DNA of 64,000 nucleotides from Octopus vulgaris (GCA_951406725.2 OX597820.1:101432001-101496000), one strand, 5' to 3'; counted from the first letter of the stretch, positions 14,201 to 45,613 are shown. Translations and numbers: made by a program. Notes: generated by a model not told the origin, from the letters alone.

Positions 14201-17200
14201 ACCTGAGGTTAGGGTAAAAGACTTGCCATATGTACATACAATGGGATTGGACCTAAAATTATCTAATTGACAAGTGAACTTTTTAGCCACACAATAATTA
14301 TTTAACTAAAAGTGTAAAAAAAAATAGTATGGCCAATATTTGAATGTATATCGTACAACTATTAGCACAACCAATACCTGAAAAAAACCCAAAACATTAT
14401 GTACCTATGTGAGAAAGTTTTACTATTGTTTTCTATTACATTTCTTTTTCACATAGCCTGTAACAGTCTCCTTACCCACTCACAAAGTGACAGGAGAAAA
14501 TTTAGATAATAAAGGAGATACTTGTAACAAATACAGTAAACTCACCATTTGTGTTTTGCCTTTTGATATATCCATAAGGTCATTGCAAAGTTTGACTCGC
14601 TTATCAACAGTCAAGTCATGTCTGTGAAAAAAAAAAACCATTACATATTACTAAAGTACACAAATTCTTGGACATTTAAAAAAGACATGACAAACTTCCA
14701 CTATACCGAGATGTATATTATACACATATATATTATTGGCATTTAGTTTAATTAACTCTACAAGTTTACATTAAGAGTTCCATGTCAGCATAATTTGGAT
14801 AGTGGCCGCTGTCATAACTGACTGTCAATTATGAGTGTTTCAGGTGATTTGAACAATGGAACAACCTGCAAGTGAAATTAACATGCAAAAGCTGGGCACC
14901 CCACAGACACATGTACCTTGAATGTAGTTCTGAAGGAGATTCAGCATGACACAGTGCGTGACAAGGCTGGGCCTTTCAAATACATGTACTACTCACTTTT
15001 GTCAGCTGAATAGCCTGGGGCAATGTGAAATAAAATGTCTTGCCCAAGAGCACAATGTGTTGCCGGGAATTGAACACAATCTCACAATCGCGAATAGAAT
15101 ACCCTAGTCACCAAGCCACATGAATTTGGTAAATTCAAGAATATGGGTGAATGAGAAGTTAGTTTCATATATTGATGATATCGTCAACACTTAATGAATT
15201 AGACCTTAATTTTTTTTTTATCTTTTAGGCGCAGGAGTGGCTGTGTGGTAAGTAGCTTGCTAACCAACCACATGGTTCTGGGTTCAGTCCCACTGCGTGG
15301 GATCTTGGGCAAGTGTCTTCTACTATAGCCCCGGGCCGACCAATGCCTTGTGAGTGGATTTGGTAGACGGAAACTGAAAGAAGCCTGTCGTATATATATA
15401 TATGTGTGTGTGTGTTTGCCCCCCTAGCATTGCTTGACAACCGATGCTGGTGTGTTTACGGCCCCGTCACTTAGCGGTTCAGCAAAAGAGACCGATAGAA
15501 TAAGTACTGGGCTTACAAAGAATAAGTCCCGGGGTCGAGTTGCTTGACTAAAGGCAGTGCTCCAGCATGGCCGCAGTCAAATGACTGAAACAAGTAAAAG
15601 AGTAAGAGAGTGAAGAAGACAGTGCCCAACAACCCATTACAGGGGTTAACAGGAAGGTACCTTGAACTGGAGATCTGGCCCAAAACTTTGCTAAAAACAC
15701 TCAGGGCACCTGGTGGGTCTCAAACTGGGTGATGGCTTATGCTTACTATGACTGCATTTGAATTCAGAACACAAAAGAACCAGAAACATAATATTACAAA
15801 GCATCTGGTCTGATGTATTTATAGTTTTACCAGTTCACTGCTATGGATTGGTACTTTTTTTTATCCACCCTGCAAAAGCATAAAAGGTGAAGTTGACCTC
15901 AATAGGATTTGAACTCTGAAAGCAGAAGCTCAAAACAAATCTGATGTTCTAATATTAGACATTTCACCACCTATTTTCAGTTGTATTAAATAAGACAAGG
16001 CAAGATAATGTTTTGTATAGTATCACAGCATCAGCATTGGATAACTTTTAGGATAGAGGATCAGAAATAATCAAATTAGAAATTTTTAAGAAAAATACCT
16101 GAAGTAAATGATGCCTACACTCTTGTTAGTTATCTTCCTAAACATCCATCAATTTTACCTTTTTGAACAGTTGCTTTATAAATAATCAAATTGTGAGCAT
16201 AAGTCTTTCAAATATTATGGTTGTTTCAATCATAGTGGTTTTCCATAGCCATAAGATATTGTAATGTTTAGAAGAGTATTCTAGTTGTACTGATTTTTAA
16301 CAGTTGAAAGGTAAGTTCAGCAAGCTAACAAAACAATTGTAATCGATGTAGTACTCCTACTGCTTACAGTAAATGTGAGAATGTAGCTATGTATAAAAGT
16401 TATTCACTTGGAAACAAATATGTATTTTCCCCACCATGTGCCATGGATAAGTTGCGTTAGTTTGAATAAACTTAGCTGTTTATGAAATTCTATAAAAAGT
16501 ATATATTTCTAAACTCTCAATTTTTCCACCACTATTTTCGTTAAAGAACAGCAGACAAGTAGTAAGGTTGTATTCAGTCACTAGCACCCTCAGTATATGT
16601 GGCCATAATGGTACTTAAAAGCTAAATACATTTTGTTTCAAGTTCTATAAATGTAGATAAATGTTGACTGAACAGACTTTATGGTCAAAGACCTTCCAGC
16701 AATGACCATCCTGTCTTTTTAAGGAATATGTATAGGATTGCATGTCCTTCTGTATTTAAGATAGTAGGGAGTATTTTGCAAATGATTAGGCTGCTTTTGC
16801 TAGCAAGTTGTACAACATAGAGGTTTCCTCAAAGATACCAAAAGTGGTAAATTAAATTCCTGCCCACCATAAAAAAAAAAAACCTGCAATATACCAGTGT
16901 CTTTCAAAGAAGAGAGGTTCCTCCCATTTGCTAAATGTCACAAGAGAAAAAAAAAAAAAAACCAACAACATGCACTGGTCCTGTAGATCCTGATTAGATT
17001 GTACTGGTTTAGCTTAGCTATTAAGAATATGACATTATAGATTCATAACAAGAAAAATTGAATTTTTAACTGGATCTTGAAGAACACACTTCCACTTTGC
17101 ACAACGTAATTACAAAATTCCAAGAAATAAACACAGAAAAATAATCTTACTTTCTCAGTTCTTCCCAAATTTTTTTCGAACTTTGGAGCAGGGCATAATT

Positions 17201-20200
17201 ATTCCTCAACTTTTTAAAATCCTTTATTTCCTCTTTCGCATTTTTATTAGCTTTTTTTGTTCGTTTTGCATCTATTACAAAGAGAGAAGAGTAAAATATT
17301 AGAAACACAAAGTAACACAGATTAAAATACAATAAAACAAGAACATAAGATATTTCTTATTAACTCAGTAGCAAAATTAGTACTTATCAAATTCATTTTT
17401 GTGATTTTCTTTGAAGGAAGAAGGGTGGAGATACCTTCCTGTGATAAAATAAAGTATCTGTAGGCTATAACATTCAAAACTCGTCTGGTTTATATTTTTA
17501 ATCATCTTATAGTCAGGAGAAGAGGTGGAACCTACTACTCTTTCGAAGGCCTTTAAGGCTAGCAGGATGGAGGGAAGGAAATATCTTCAAACCAGGGATC
17601 TTGCCTGAATACAAGCAGCAGAATATGGCTCTACTAAAAGAATCCAAGGTAGCAAATGAAAGAGTTTTTATATCTGACAACAGCTTAAGTTACCCACCCA
17701 AGAAGGCTAATTTGCAAGATTTGAACTTAGAACACAGAGCCAGAACAGATACAAAGTAGCCGATCCATTGTTCTTACAGTTCTGTTAATCCATCAGTCTA
17801 GATTAGTACTTTTTTTTTAGTGACCTTTGAAAGGTTGAAAGGCAAAGTTGAAAGTCATAAGAAATAAATTATATCAGGTAGTGTATTGAAGACAAGTTGA
17901 AAGATTGCAAAAGTTATAATCAGGATTATACTTGGCTTAGAAAGTTTTCTCAGGAATTAGTATATCTCTAAAGAATCTTTTAGGATATCGTTGGTTACAG
18001 TTCTTTATGAAAATGAGTATAGAGATCAAACTATTTTGATTATAATCAGTGAAACATGGGCTGTGACTTTAGAGCACATGCGAAGGCTTGAAAGAAATTA
18101 AGCTAGCACGCTCCACAGGTTGTGTAATACCAGTGTGCACATATGATAGAGTGTAAATGTCTTAAGAGAAAAATTGGGTATTAGAAGCATCAGATGTAGT
18201 GTGCAAGAGAAGACTGTGCTGGTAAGGTAATGTGATGCATAAAGAAGTGCTGATTTCTAACTGTGGAAGCAATAGACCCAAAAAGATGTGGGATGAGGTG
18301 GTAAAATATGATCGTTGGTTGTTGAGTCTTACAGAGGTGATGACAAGTGACCTAGACTTCTGGCAATTTGCTGTGCTTGAGATGACATGTCAAGCTAAGT
18401 GAAATCATTGTGGCTAGAGCTGGAGACATGTAAAAGATGCCCAATGGTCTGTAAAGTGGTTGGTATTAGGAAGGGCATCCAGTCATAGAAACCAAGCCAA
18501 AACAGATAGGAGCCTGGTGCAGATCTCTGGTTTGCCAGTTCCAGTCAAACTGTCTAACCCATACCAGCATGAAAAACAGATGTTAAATGATAATTTGCTC
18601 AGAGTTCAAATGGTAGATACACTGAAGAGTGATGAAAGCTATCACAAAAAAAAAAAAAAAGGAAAATATATATCCTATATTTCAACTTCAGCTTTAACAC
18701 GTCTAACATCATTCTAGATTATGCTACAAATGTATCATTCTAAAAAGTTCATATCTAAATCAAAACTTTTCATTATAATTTCATGTAAGGAAGATTTGAT
18801 AAACAACAGCTTAATAATTCTAATTTTTAACACCAGACCAGAAATTTTGAAGGCAGAGGAAAAATCAATTACATTGAAACCTGTGGGTGACTAATTACAT
18901 TTTTTTTAGTGACCCTGAAAGGATGAATTACAGATGGAAACATCCTTCCTCTTGTTAAGTATTACCTGTTTTTCAAGAAAACTATCAATGAAGGTATAGA
19001 GGAAATGTCAACTAACATTACTATCTGTAGCTCAGCACAGAATATCAACACCCACATCTGTATGCGACAGGCTTTGTAGTTTCCACTAACCAAATTTACT
19101 CACAAAGCACCAGCCAGGACTGTAGTAAAAGGTGCTACATAGTGGGACTGAACCTGAAACTACGTGGTTGCAAAACAAACCTGGTAACCATATAGTCATG
19201 CATGTGCCTTTTTGATATTTTGTTAAAACCCACCACATTTAATACACAGTGTATTTCATTAGAAATAAACTATGTACGAATTTTAGTGACAAAAATATAA
19301 GGAGTGGCTGTGTGGTAAGTAGCTTGCTTACCAACCACAGCCTTGTGAGTGGATTTGGTAGACGGAAACTGAAAGAAGCCCATCATATATATGTATGTGT
19401 GTGTGTGTGTGTGTTTGTCCCCCCAACATCGCTTGACAACCGATGCTGGTGTGTTTGCATCCCCATAACTTAGTGATACAGCAAAAGAGACCAATAGAAT
19501 AAGTACTAGGCTTGCAAAGAATAAGTCCTGGGGTCAATTTGCTCGACTAAAGGCGGTGCTCCAGCAAGGCTGCAGTCAAATGACTGAAACAAGTAAAAGA
19601 GTAAACTGTGACCAAAATAATGCAGTGGTTTTGGCAAAATCTGTTTTGCTTGTATTTCGAAACTGTATATATTACATGAGGGTACTGTTTAATTCTTATT
19701 AAAATTCAAAGGGAAAAATAGGCATCTGAAGGCCACTTACCACCAGCTGCTTCTTTGCTTGTCAATTTATTTTTCAACTTATTTCCTTTCAGTTTAGCTG
19801 GAAGTGATTTACTGTCTTTCAGTTTCTTCAACTTTTTCATTGCTCCCTTAACTTTCACCTGAGGTAAGAGAACAAATTAAGAATTTGTAAACATAAACTG
19901 AAAACAAGACAACATTTGATAAGGATGCTTTTTAAGCGGCATGAGCACTCGAAGGGTCACCAAGTAACTTGCAAGGCAAGGAATCTGAGAAGTGGGGGGG
20001 GAGCATTGTAGGAGGTGATCTTGCATCAGATATTGAAAGGTTATATAACAAGACAGAGAGAGGTGGAACATGGTTACCAAGCCAGAGAGAGAGAGAGAGA
20101 TAACGAGAGAGCAGGAACAGGTGTGCTACACAACAAGCTTCTTTTCCATTTCTGTCTTGCAAATCTGCTCACAAGGTTTTGGTTGGTCTGGAGCTACAGC

Positions 20201-23192
20201 AGCAGACACTTGTTTAAAAATATATTCATCATCATCATCGTTTAACGTCCGTTTTCCATGCTAGCACGGGTTGGACGGTTCGACCGGGGTCTGGGAAGTC
20301 AGGAGGCTGCACCAGGCACCAGTCTGATCTGGCAGTGTTTCTACAGCTGGAAGCCCCTCCGTGAGTGTAGTGGGTGCTTTTTACGTGCCACCGGCAGAGG
20401 GGCCAGAGGAGGCTGCCAAATGGCCACGATCGGTTGGTATTTTTACGTGTCACTGACATGGATGCCAGTCAGGCGGCACTGGCATCTGCCACATTCGGAC
20501 GAACGTGTCACCGGCACAGGTGTCTTAACTACTATTTCCATTCAATTGTCATTTGCTTTTGGTATTTTGTTAGGTATATTGTCTGTTCTTATTTCCATGT
20601 GGGCATGGGTTTGGTAAAATATGTTATTAAGGTACTGCTTTACAGCCAGATTACATTTCTTAACACTTACTTTTCGAGCAATGGATCTCCTAATTTCACC
20701 TGATTTCAAAGACACAAAACAAGTAGATAAGTTATTGACAAAAAGTGCTTACAGCACTGATGCTGTGACTTTCAAGTGAATGCAAATGTAAACAAGCAAA
20801 CACACATCATCATCGTTTAACATCCACCTTCCATGCTAGCATGGGTTGGACAGTTTGATAGGAACTGACCAAGCAGAAGACTGCACCACACTTCTGTGTC
20901 TGTTTAGGCATGGTTTTTACGACTGGATGGATTTCCTAACACCAATCACCATATGGAGTGGACTAAATGCTTTTTACATGGCACCAGTACAGATGAGGTT
21001 AGTTTTGGCATGGTTTTTACAGTTGGATGCCCTTCCAAATGCCAGCCACTTCACATTGTGGACTGGATGCTTTTTAAGTGACACAAGCACTGGAAGGGTC
21101 CCTAAGTAGCTTGCAAGGCAAGGATCTCTGAGAGTAGAGGAGGGCACTGGAGGAGGTGATCTTGTATCAGATGATGAAAGGTTATAATGAGACAGAGAGA
21201 GACAGAAACAGGTATCTTGCTATAGAGGAGGTACATGGTTACCCAGAGAGAGTTAACAAGAAAGAGAGCAGGAACAAGTGTCCTATACAACAGGTTTCTT
21301 TTCCATTTGTCTTCCAAATTTGCTCGCAAGGCTTTGGTTGGTCTGAAGCTAGAGCAGTGGACACTTGCACAAGGTGCTGCATACTGGGACTGAACCTAAA
21401 ACCACATGGTCGGGAAGCAAACTTCTTAACCACACAGCCATGCCTGTGAATTTATCACTTTCTCGTAAACTCCAAATCTAGTGAATCAATGAAGTGAATG
21501 TTATTTCACAAACCTACATAATCTATTAGACTTGTGCCTCCTCATATTCCCAGTTTCTATGTAAGCAGACGAGATAAGTTCCTTTACCTGGAGGCAAACC
21601 TATTACAGGTAAGATCAACAGGAACAGCATCAAACTCAGTACCACAGGCCATCTAAAATACTCAATCAATTTCATGATGCTGCTTACAATGGTAAATTGT
21701 TCCTACCCTGCCTTTAAATGTCTGTTATGCATACAATACATTACTGGTGACAGGGCGTCAACCGCAACTGGTCTCTTCATGTTGTTGTTCAGGAGCCTGT
21801 CATCTATGCTCTCAACATCATCATCATCGTTTAACGTCCGTTTTCCATGCTAGCATGGGTTGGACGGTTCAACTGGGGTCTGAAAAGCCCGAAGGCTGCA
21901 CCAGGCTCCAGTTTTGATCTGGCAGAGTTTCTACAGATGGATGCCCTCCTAACGCCAACCACTCCGTGAGTGTAGTGGGTGCTTTTTATGTGCCACCAAC
22001 ACAGGTGCCAGATGAGGCTGGCGAACGGCCACGCTCGGATGGTGCTTTTTACGTGCGACCGGCATGGAGGCCAGGTGAGGCTGGCAACGGCCACGATCGG
22101 ATGGTGTTTGTTACGTGCCACCTGCACGTAGACCAGTCAATGCGGTGCTGGCTACGGCCATGTTCGGATGGTTCTCTTATGTGCCACCGGCACTGGTACC
22201 ACAAACTACAAATTCCATTGATGTTGATTGATTTCGATTTGATTTTTATGAAGGAGATAATAACAGTACAACATAGTAATGAAACCACTTTGATCATTAC
22301 AATCTAGTTGTTCATGACTGAACAAATGACTTATGATTAAAGGTATTAAATCAATGACGAGCCTTTCTTTCCAGGCATTGTCTATCTAGGACTATATTTT
22401 CTTATGTGTCTTTAAGATGATAGGACAAAATTCCATGGTGATTTCATTTCTATTTATAGCAAGTTCAATAAAGGTGAATTCAATCCAGTTTCATAGACAT
22501 TTCTATCTATTTTATGTATTTTCATTTATCTAAACGCCTGAGTCCTGAAATTATTAAGGAAAAATGATAAAAACAAATGAAAATCTTACCTTTAAAGATT
22601 TTGTTTTCTTTTCCATCTTTTTCACCTCTGCAGTCTGTTCTTCACATCTTTCACTTGGCTGATCATTTTCGTCATGTTCTTCAATAACAGAACATTGTGG
22701 GGTCTTAGCTGCCATCTTTTGAATCCTCATCGATAGTTCAGCCCCATCTGGTTGGCCTCGTGCACTACAGACAGCCTTCTCCCAAGTTACATCTAATTTA
22801 CTCTTAGATTTTTTCGAGAAAGTACTATCTAATGTATTATCCAGAACTGGATGTATCGAACTGATGTCGTTAAGTGGTCCAAGAGAAGTGAGAAAATCAG
22901 ACCTTGTGTCATTTTTAGATTTTTTGGCATTTCCTTCTTCGTTTGCAGTCTCCAGACCGCTATCTGAACTAACGTTTTTGTGTTTACGTTTCTTGGCGTT
23001 TGCTGCTTTGTCGATCTTTTTCTTGGGAGCTGGCATTGACGGTTGAGCAAGCTTCATAGGCTCTTTCTGTATAATGCTGTCTCCTTCGGGTGGACGACGC
23101 AGACTTTGTGATTGAACATCGAGACGAGTGGAGTGGCGGCGGATCTTTTTATGTTTTTTAGTTGTTGTGACGGCGGCCTCGGGACTTTCCAT
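555..23192 (-). CDS. PUM3: Pumilio homolog 3 (Puf-A/KIAA0020), spliced; 12 coding exons in window, 3' part continues beyond position 1
   Basis: Exons 22590-23192, 19741-19858, 17151-17271, 14546-14621, 13221-13314, 11995-12061, 7831-7900, 6320-6424, 5402-5505, 3885-3960, 2674-2772 and 555-689 all have GT-AG borders and compatible phases (1668 nt, 556 aa). The joined peptide (KKIWEELR..AFTHDGARVLQCLIQFG..SKYAKFIVRKFLSYG..HSRDGARVAMKCIWYGNTKDRKVMVKSFK..LLATFDVVDDTKL) matches Puf-A/PUM3 as I recall it. Confidence 0.95.
1960..2248 (-). mobile_element. tRNA-derived SINE with V domain; related copies at ~13680-13920(+), 34900-35110(-), 46930-47170(-)
   Basis: Minus strand has A box TGGCCCAGTGG and the V-domain motif CTGCGATGGACTGGCATCCCGTCCAG. 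Confidence 0.75.
2324..2544. mobile_element. piggyBac-type MITE (TTAA target, CCCTTTA TIRs); second copy at 12257-12485
   Basis: TTAACCCTTTA...TAAAGGGTTAA termini; the two ~225-bp copies are homologous. Confidence 0.85.
2674..2772 (-). CDS. PUM3: PUM3 coding exon (EMITELREGIVNMVHSRDGARVAMKCIWYGNTK)
   Basis: tag| acceptor, |gtaaac donor, 99 nt; conserved H-x2-DGARVAM-x-C-x-W motif. Confidence 0.95.
3885..3960 (-). CDS. PUM3: PUM3 coding exon (SMLTHSIIHRLFSEYFLYADKAMRT)
   Basis: cag| acceptor, |gtaagt donor, 76 nt, phase 2 to 0. Confidence 0.92.
5402..5505 (-). CDS. PUM3: PUM3 coding exon (NDQITCLQDMFNAYPKKKETILENMKEILVPLIE)
   Basis: tag| acceptor, |gtgagt donor, 104 nt, phase 0 to 2. Confidence 0.9.
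6320..6424 (-). CDS. PUM3: PUM3 coding exon (EASEIIEYTFNEYANATQRQALLEDFYGATYKFLK)
   Basis: tag| acceptor, |gtatta donor, 105 nt, phase 0. Confidence 0.92.
7831..7900 (-). CDS. PUM3: PUM3 coding exon (SKTERNAVFKSLCSQASRLIRHR)
   Basis: cag| acceptor, |gtgagt donor, 70 nt, phase 2 to 0. Confidence 0.9.
9202..9488 (-). mobile_element. CR1-clade LINE 3' fragment with (TTAAC)n tail
   Basis: Minus-strand translation MVLGLKHLSYEERLKTLDLYSLEIR*RRGHLILAHNII...FFSPAPERRLRGHSEKL is typical of the CR1 ORF2 C-terminus. Confidence 0.8.
9625..11632 (+). mobile_element. 5'-truncated RTE-clade LINE (RT C-terminal half, 3' UTR, (GAT)n tail)
   Basis: ORFs 9674-10417 and 10339-11001 joined by a frameshift near 10405-10413: QFGF, FVDMEKAFD, GVHQGSVLSPLLF, LYADD, FRYLG, RLRWYGHVARM, RGRGRPRKTW; 63-64 bp tandem units at ~11270-11455; GAT tail. 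Confidence 0.93.
11995..12061 (-). CDS. PUM3: PUM3 coding exon (KVVEMVESKYAKFIVRKFLSYG)
   Basis: tag| acceptor, |gtaagt donor, 67 nt, phase 1 to 2. Confidence 0.92.
13221..13314 (-). CDS. PUM3: PUM3 coding exon (MAFTHDGARVLQCLIQFGNMEQRATLFDELK)
   Basis: cag| acceptor, |gtatgt donor, 94 nt; Puf repeat motif. Confidence 0.93.
14546..14621 (-). CDS. PUM3: PUM3 coding exon (HDLTVDKRVKLCNDLMDISKGKTQM)
   Basis: cag| acceptor, |gtgagt donor, 76 nt, phase 2 to 0. Confidence 0.9.
15228..15611 (+). mobile_element. tRNA-derived SINE with CORE-like body; copies at ~4448-4780(+), 19300-19604(+), 38189-38605(-), 40835-41180(-), 49805-50157(-), 57424-57885(-)
   Basis: A box TGGCTGTGTGG, B box GGTTCAGTCC, TCTTGGGCAAGT motif, internal (TA)/(TG) tract, AGTAAAAG tail; many copies in the window. 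Confidence 0.85.
17151..17271 (-). CDS. PUM3: PUM3 coding exon (DAKRTKK...KKIWEELR)
   Basis: tag| acceptor, |gtaaga donor, 121 nt, phase 1 to 2. Confidence 0.9.
18047..18592 (+). mobile_element. Older degenerate RTE LINE 3' fragment
   Basis: Diverged nucleotide similarity to 10613-11000 (cagtgaaacatgggc...) and to the 3' tail at 11480-11610. Confidence 0.7.
19741..19858 (-). CDS. PUM3: PUM3 coding exon (VKVKGAMKKLKK...KEAAG)
   Basis: cag| acceptor, |gtaagt donor, 118 nt, phase 0 to 1, open frame. Confidence 0.85.
21815..22246 (-). mobile_element. RTE 3'-end copy; related copies at ~12482-12750(-), 20227-20520(-), 27773-27942(+), 39229-39584(+), 50547-50750(-)
   Basis: Closely similar to the RTE 3' UTR at 11140-11632, including the tandem units and (CAT)n/(GAT)n tail. 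Confidence 0.85.
22590..23192 (-). CDS. PUM3: PUM3 first coding exon (Lys-rich, low-complexity N-terminus, 201 codons)
   Basis: ATG at 23192 follows acceptor ttgcag|cg; donor aaag|gtaaga at 22590/22589; phase 0. Confidence 0.85.
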
Positions 23193-24507
23193 CGCTGCAA
23201 AGAATAATCACTTAATTAAAAACAGTAACACGATAAAGCTACAATTAAAAGAAACAAACATACAAGACACATAATACACAAATCATAGACAATGTACTTA
23301 AAATACAGGAACATGATTTTACTTTTTACACAGAAACAAAATTTAAAGAATTCAATATTTTAAAGAATTCAATATTAGAAAAAGTTATCCCTCTCATAAA
23401 CGCATTACTTTTCAGTTAAATGAAAGTGTCTGCATAGATCCAATCGTTATAGAATCAATACATACCGAGAGCGCGTATATTTTAAGATGTCAAGGAGCAA
23501 CTAGTTAAATAATAGACCAGGCAATATATATATAGTATATATATAATAGAAATTACCTTTGTCTAAAGCAAATAAAAATACAACTCTACTAGACTGATAT
23601 AAAACAGGCGGCTGATATAATATCACGTAACTTAAAGAAAGGAATCGATGTAGTGGTGGTGGGGGAGAGAAGGAAACAAAGAAACCGTTTTAAGAAACTG
23701 AATTTTTGAAAAACTGGGCCAGCATCTTACAAGAGTAACTGAAATACGAGATTTTTTTGCTGATTCAGTTCTACAACAATTTTCGTAGATGATTATCCAA
23801 TGTTAGGGGTGAAGTTTGAGAATAAATTAAAATAAATTATCCAATTAAAATCAATCGCGCGCTTTAAATGGGATTTAATAAAAAAGAAAGAAAAGCAACA
23901 TCCAACAGGTTGATATTAAACTAGTATCAAACGAAAATTCAACTAGTGAAATAACTGTAATATATTACATTAACTATCCAGGAAAAAAATATTGGTTAGA
24001 CCATTTTTTTTTTTAGAATAGAATTTAAATCGCATATCACGAGAATAATAATAAAAATGGTTTCAATTTTTGACACAAGGCCGGTAATTTCAGGGAAGGG
24101 ATAAAATGATTACATCGACCCCGCGAGGATGCAAAGCAAAGTCAATGCTGACGGAATTTGAACTCAGAATGTAAAAACGGACGAAATGCCGTTAAACATT
24201 TTCCTCAGCGTGTTAACGATTTTGCCATCTCGTCGACTTCACAACAATAATAAAAGTAATATTTCAAATTTTGGTACAAGGCCAGCAATTTTAGTAGCTG
24301 ATTACATCGACTCCAGTACATGACTGGTATACTGTTTCATCGACTCTGAAATTATGAAAGGCAAAACTAAACTCGGAAGGATTTGAACTTAAAATGTAAA
24401 GACTTGAAACAAATACTTCAAAGCATTTTCCCACTTCTAACGAAATAATAAAGCTTTGAAAGAAAAGAACTAATCTAAATATATTATATTTTATATGTTC
24501 TTGTTGA

Positions 24508-24562
<55 letters not shown>

Positions 24563-24947
24563 TCTTAAAATGTCACAAACATATTTTAAGTAACCTGAAG
24601 TTCATCTACTAAAATGTTAATCTAACGGATTTTATTATTTAGGGGTAAAACTGAGATAAATCACGAATTAAATTAAACTGGATACTTTTTAAAATTCCAA
24701 TGGAATAGGACAAGGTACGTGTAGTCCAGTTTGTTAATAAAAGCTTATAAGTAAACAGAATTAATTAAAAAAAGAATGGATTTTCAAGACAGTCTCTATT
24801 TAATCAGTAGACAAGATGGAACCACGTGTCCGAATTTGGCGAAAATTTATACATAATGTGAATACTAAGTATAAAACAGCATAAAGTTTTTTTTAAATGC
24901 ACAAAACTAAAGTTAAAAAGGACAAAAATATTATAATGATCGCTTAC

Positions 24948-25039
24948 CTTCAAATGTTTCTATTTTAAATCAAATTGTAAAAAAAAAATCCACAAATTTG
25001 AAGATTTTTTTAAGGAAATGTGGCGAATACAAAAGAATG

Positions 25040-25040
<1 letters not shown>
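24948..25040 (-). other. PUM3: Probable non-coding first exon of PUM3
   Basis: Strong donor ttgaag|gtaagc at 24948/24947; the acceptor at 23195 needs an upstream exon. The 5' boundary is a guess based on a pyrimidine-rich CATTCTTTT near 25035. Confidence 0.55.
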
Positions 25041-44177
<19,137 letters not shown>

Positions 44178-44609
44178 TTGTTTATGGAAATAAGACTTCT
44201 TTTGAAGGAAAAACGTTATTGATGAATGAAAAATTTTATTCTGTAGAAAGCTTTTTATTCTATAGAAAATTTAAACACTCGTCCAAATTCTATTTCAGTG
44301 CCACTATATTTTGTATACATTTTATTCTATTTTTGTTTTTTTTATAATTTTTTTTTCTGAAGTATATATTAAGGGTCCAAACAGATTTGCTAACCATTGT
44401 AGTTTGAACAATATATATATTATACATTGTATAGTTTTTATGGAGCAACGCGATTCTTTGAGAAATATATATACAAAATTATATATATATATATAATAAT
44501 TGATATAGGATAAAATTTTTTTTGGGAAAAAAATTTTATCAATGGCCAGCATATCAAAAAATGCCTTTAAAGGTAAAATTTATACATAATTTACAATTAT
44601 CTCGCGTAT

Positions 44610-44670
44610 TTGCCGCTGAAGAGGGGAAAATTTCTTGTGAATTAACCCCGAAATTGGACCAATACGGTAA
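44610..44670 (+). ncRNA. Minimal type I hammerhead ribozyme (Penelope-like repeat) in AK3 3' flank
   Basis: Stem I TTGCCG/CGGTAA, core CTGAAGA (44616-44622), stem II GGGG/CCCC with extension AATTT/GAATT, GAAA (44650-44653), stem III A-TTGG-A-CCAA-T, cleavage triplet AUA. Confidence 0.8.
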
Positions 44671-45543
44671 TAACAAATTTTTTAGAGATTTCTATCGGTT
44701 TGTTTCAAGATGCATAAATTTAATGGTTATCGACAATTTCGGCGTATCTGGCATTAGAATTTTTCTTCTGTCCTTATCTTGTAAATTATATATATATATG
44801 TAATTTTTGTAAATCATCTTGCCAGACATTCAAAATTTTGTAAACATTTTTTTCTGTTTTGTTTATGAAATCTAAGTAAAACAATTGTGTATTTTTAGAG
44901 ATCAGATGAAGTGTATTTTTAGAGATCAGATTTTTTTAGCTTTCACTGGTAAATGGTTCCAAGTCATGTGACTAAACTCAGAAAATGACATATCACAAGA
45001 AAAAACTTTTAAAAACTTTATCTTATATTTGTTTTAACAAATAGTTTATATATATTTTCACATGTATCGTATTTGATCTGCTACTTCAGTATTGGGTTTT
45101 AGGTTTTTTTTATTTTTTTATTTTTATGCTTTCAGATATATTCACTGGTTCTGACATATTGTCAGATCAATCGACTGAAGTTGAGCTTCCTTTTTCTTTT
45201 TCTATTAATTTCTTTAAAAAAAATGATATAAGGCCAAAAAAGATACAACTCTAAATGATGTAAGTTGAGGTATGACTGTATATTATTTTCACAGAGAAAT
45301 TATTCTGATTTTATATCAATAATACCAAACCATTATCATAGAGGTCTTCTCATATTGCCTATTTCTTGTCATTACATTCACTTATCTTACTAATATTTTT
45401 GGGAAAGGCATGAGCGTCATACAATCTTATTTCAACTATAAATATAAATATCTTTATGTGTATAAAAGATTGTTGTTATTGCTATTATTGTAGTATGCTA
45501 TAAGAACAAAAGTTAAAGTTCTTGGAAAGACAAAAACTGGTTT

Positions 45544-45613
45544 TGATATTTTGATTGACATAATGTTCACCTTATTAACAACCCTAGGAAAGGCATGATG
45601 TCACAGTATATCA
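45544..45613 (+). ncRNA. Candidate pri-miRNA hairpin (best copy of a triplicated unit)
   Basis: 70-nt hairpin with basal stem TGATAT/ATATCA, TGACAT/ATGTCA and a ~10-nt loop; its 3' arm TAGGAAAGGCATG is shared with neighbouring copies. Confidence 0.45.

Noticed and set aside
44226-44272. SECIS-like AUGA plus hairpin after the AK3 stop
   Set aside because: AK3 has no in-frame UGA; the hairpin is explained by tandem duplication of the palindrome TTCTRTAGAA.
45587-45597. AAAGGC complementarity to U5 snRNA loop 1 (H/ACA guide idea)
   Set aside because: Only 6 nt match; the 5' pocket strand does not match and the H box is inconsistent between copies.
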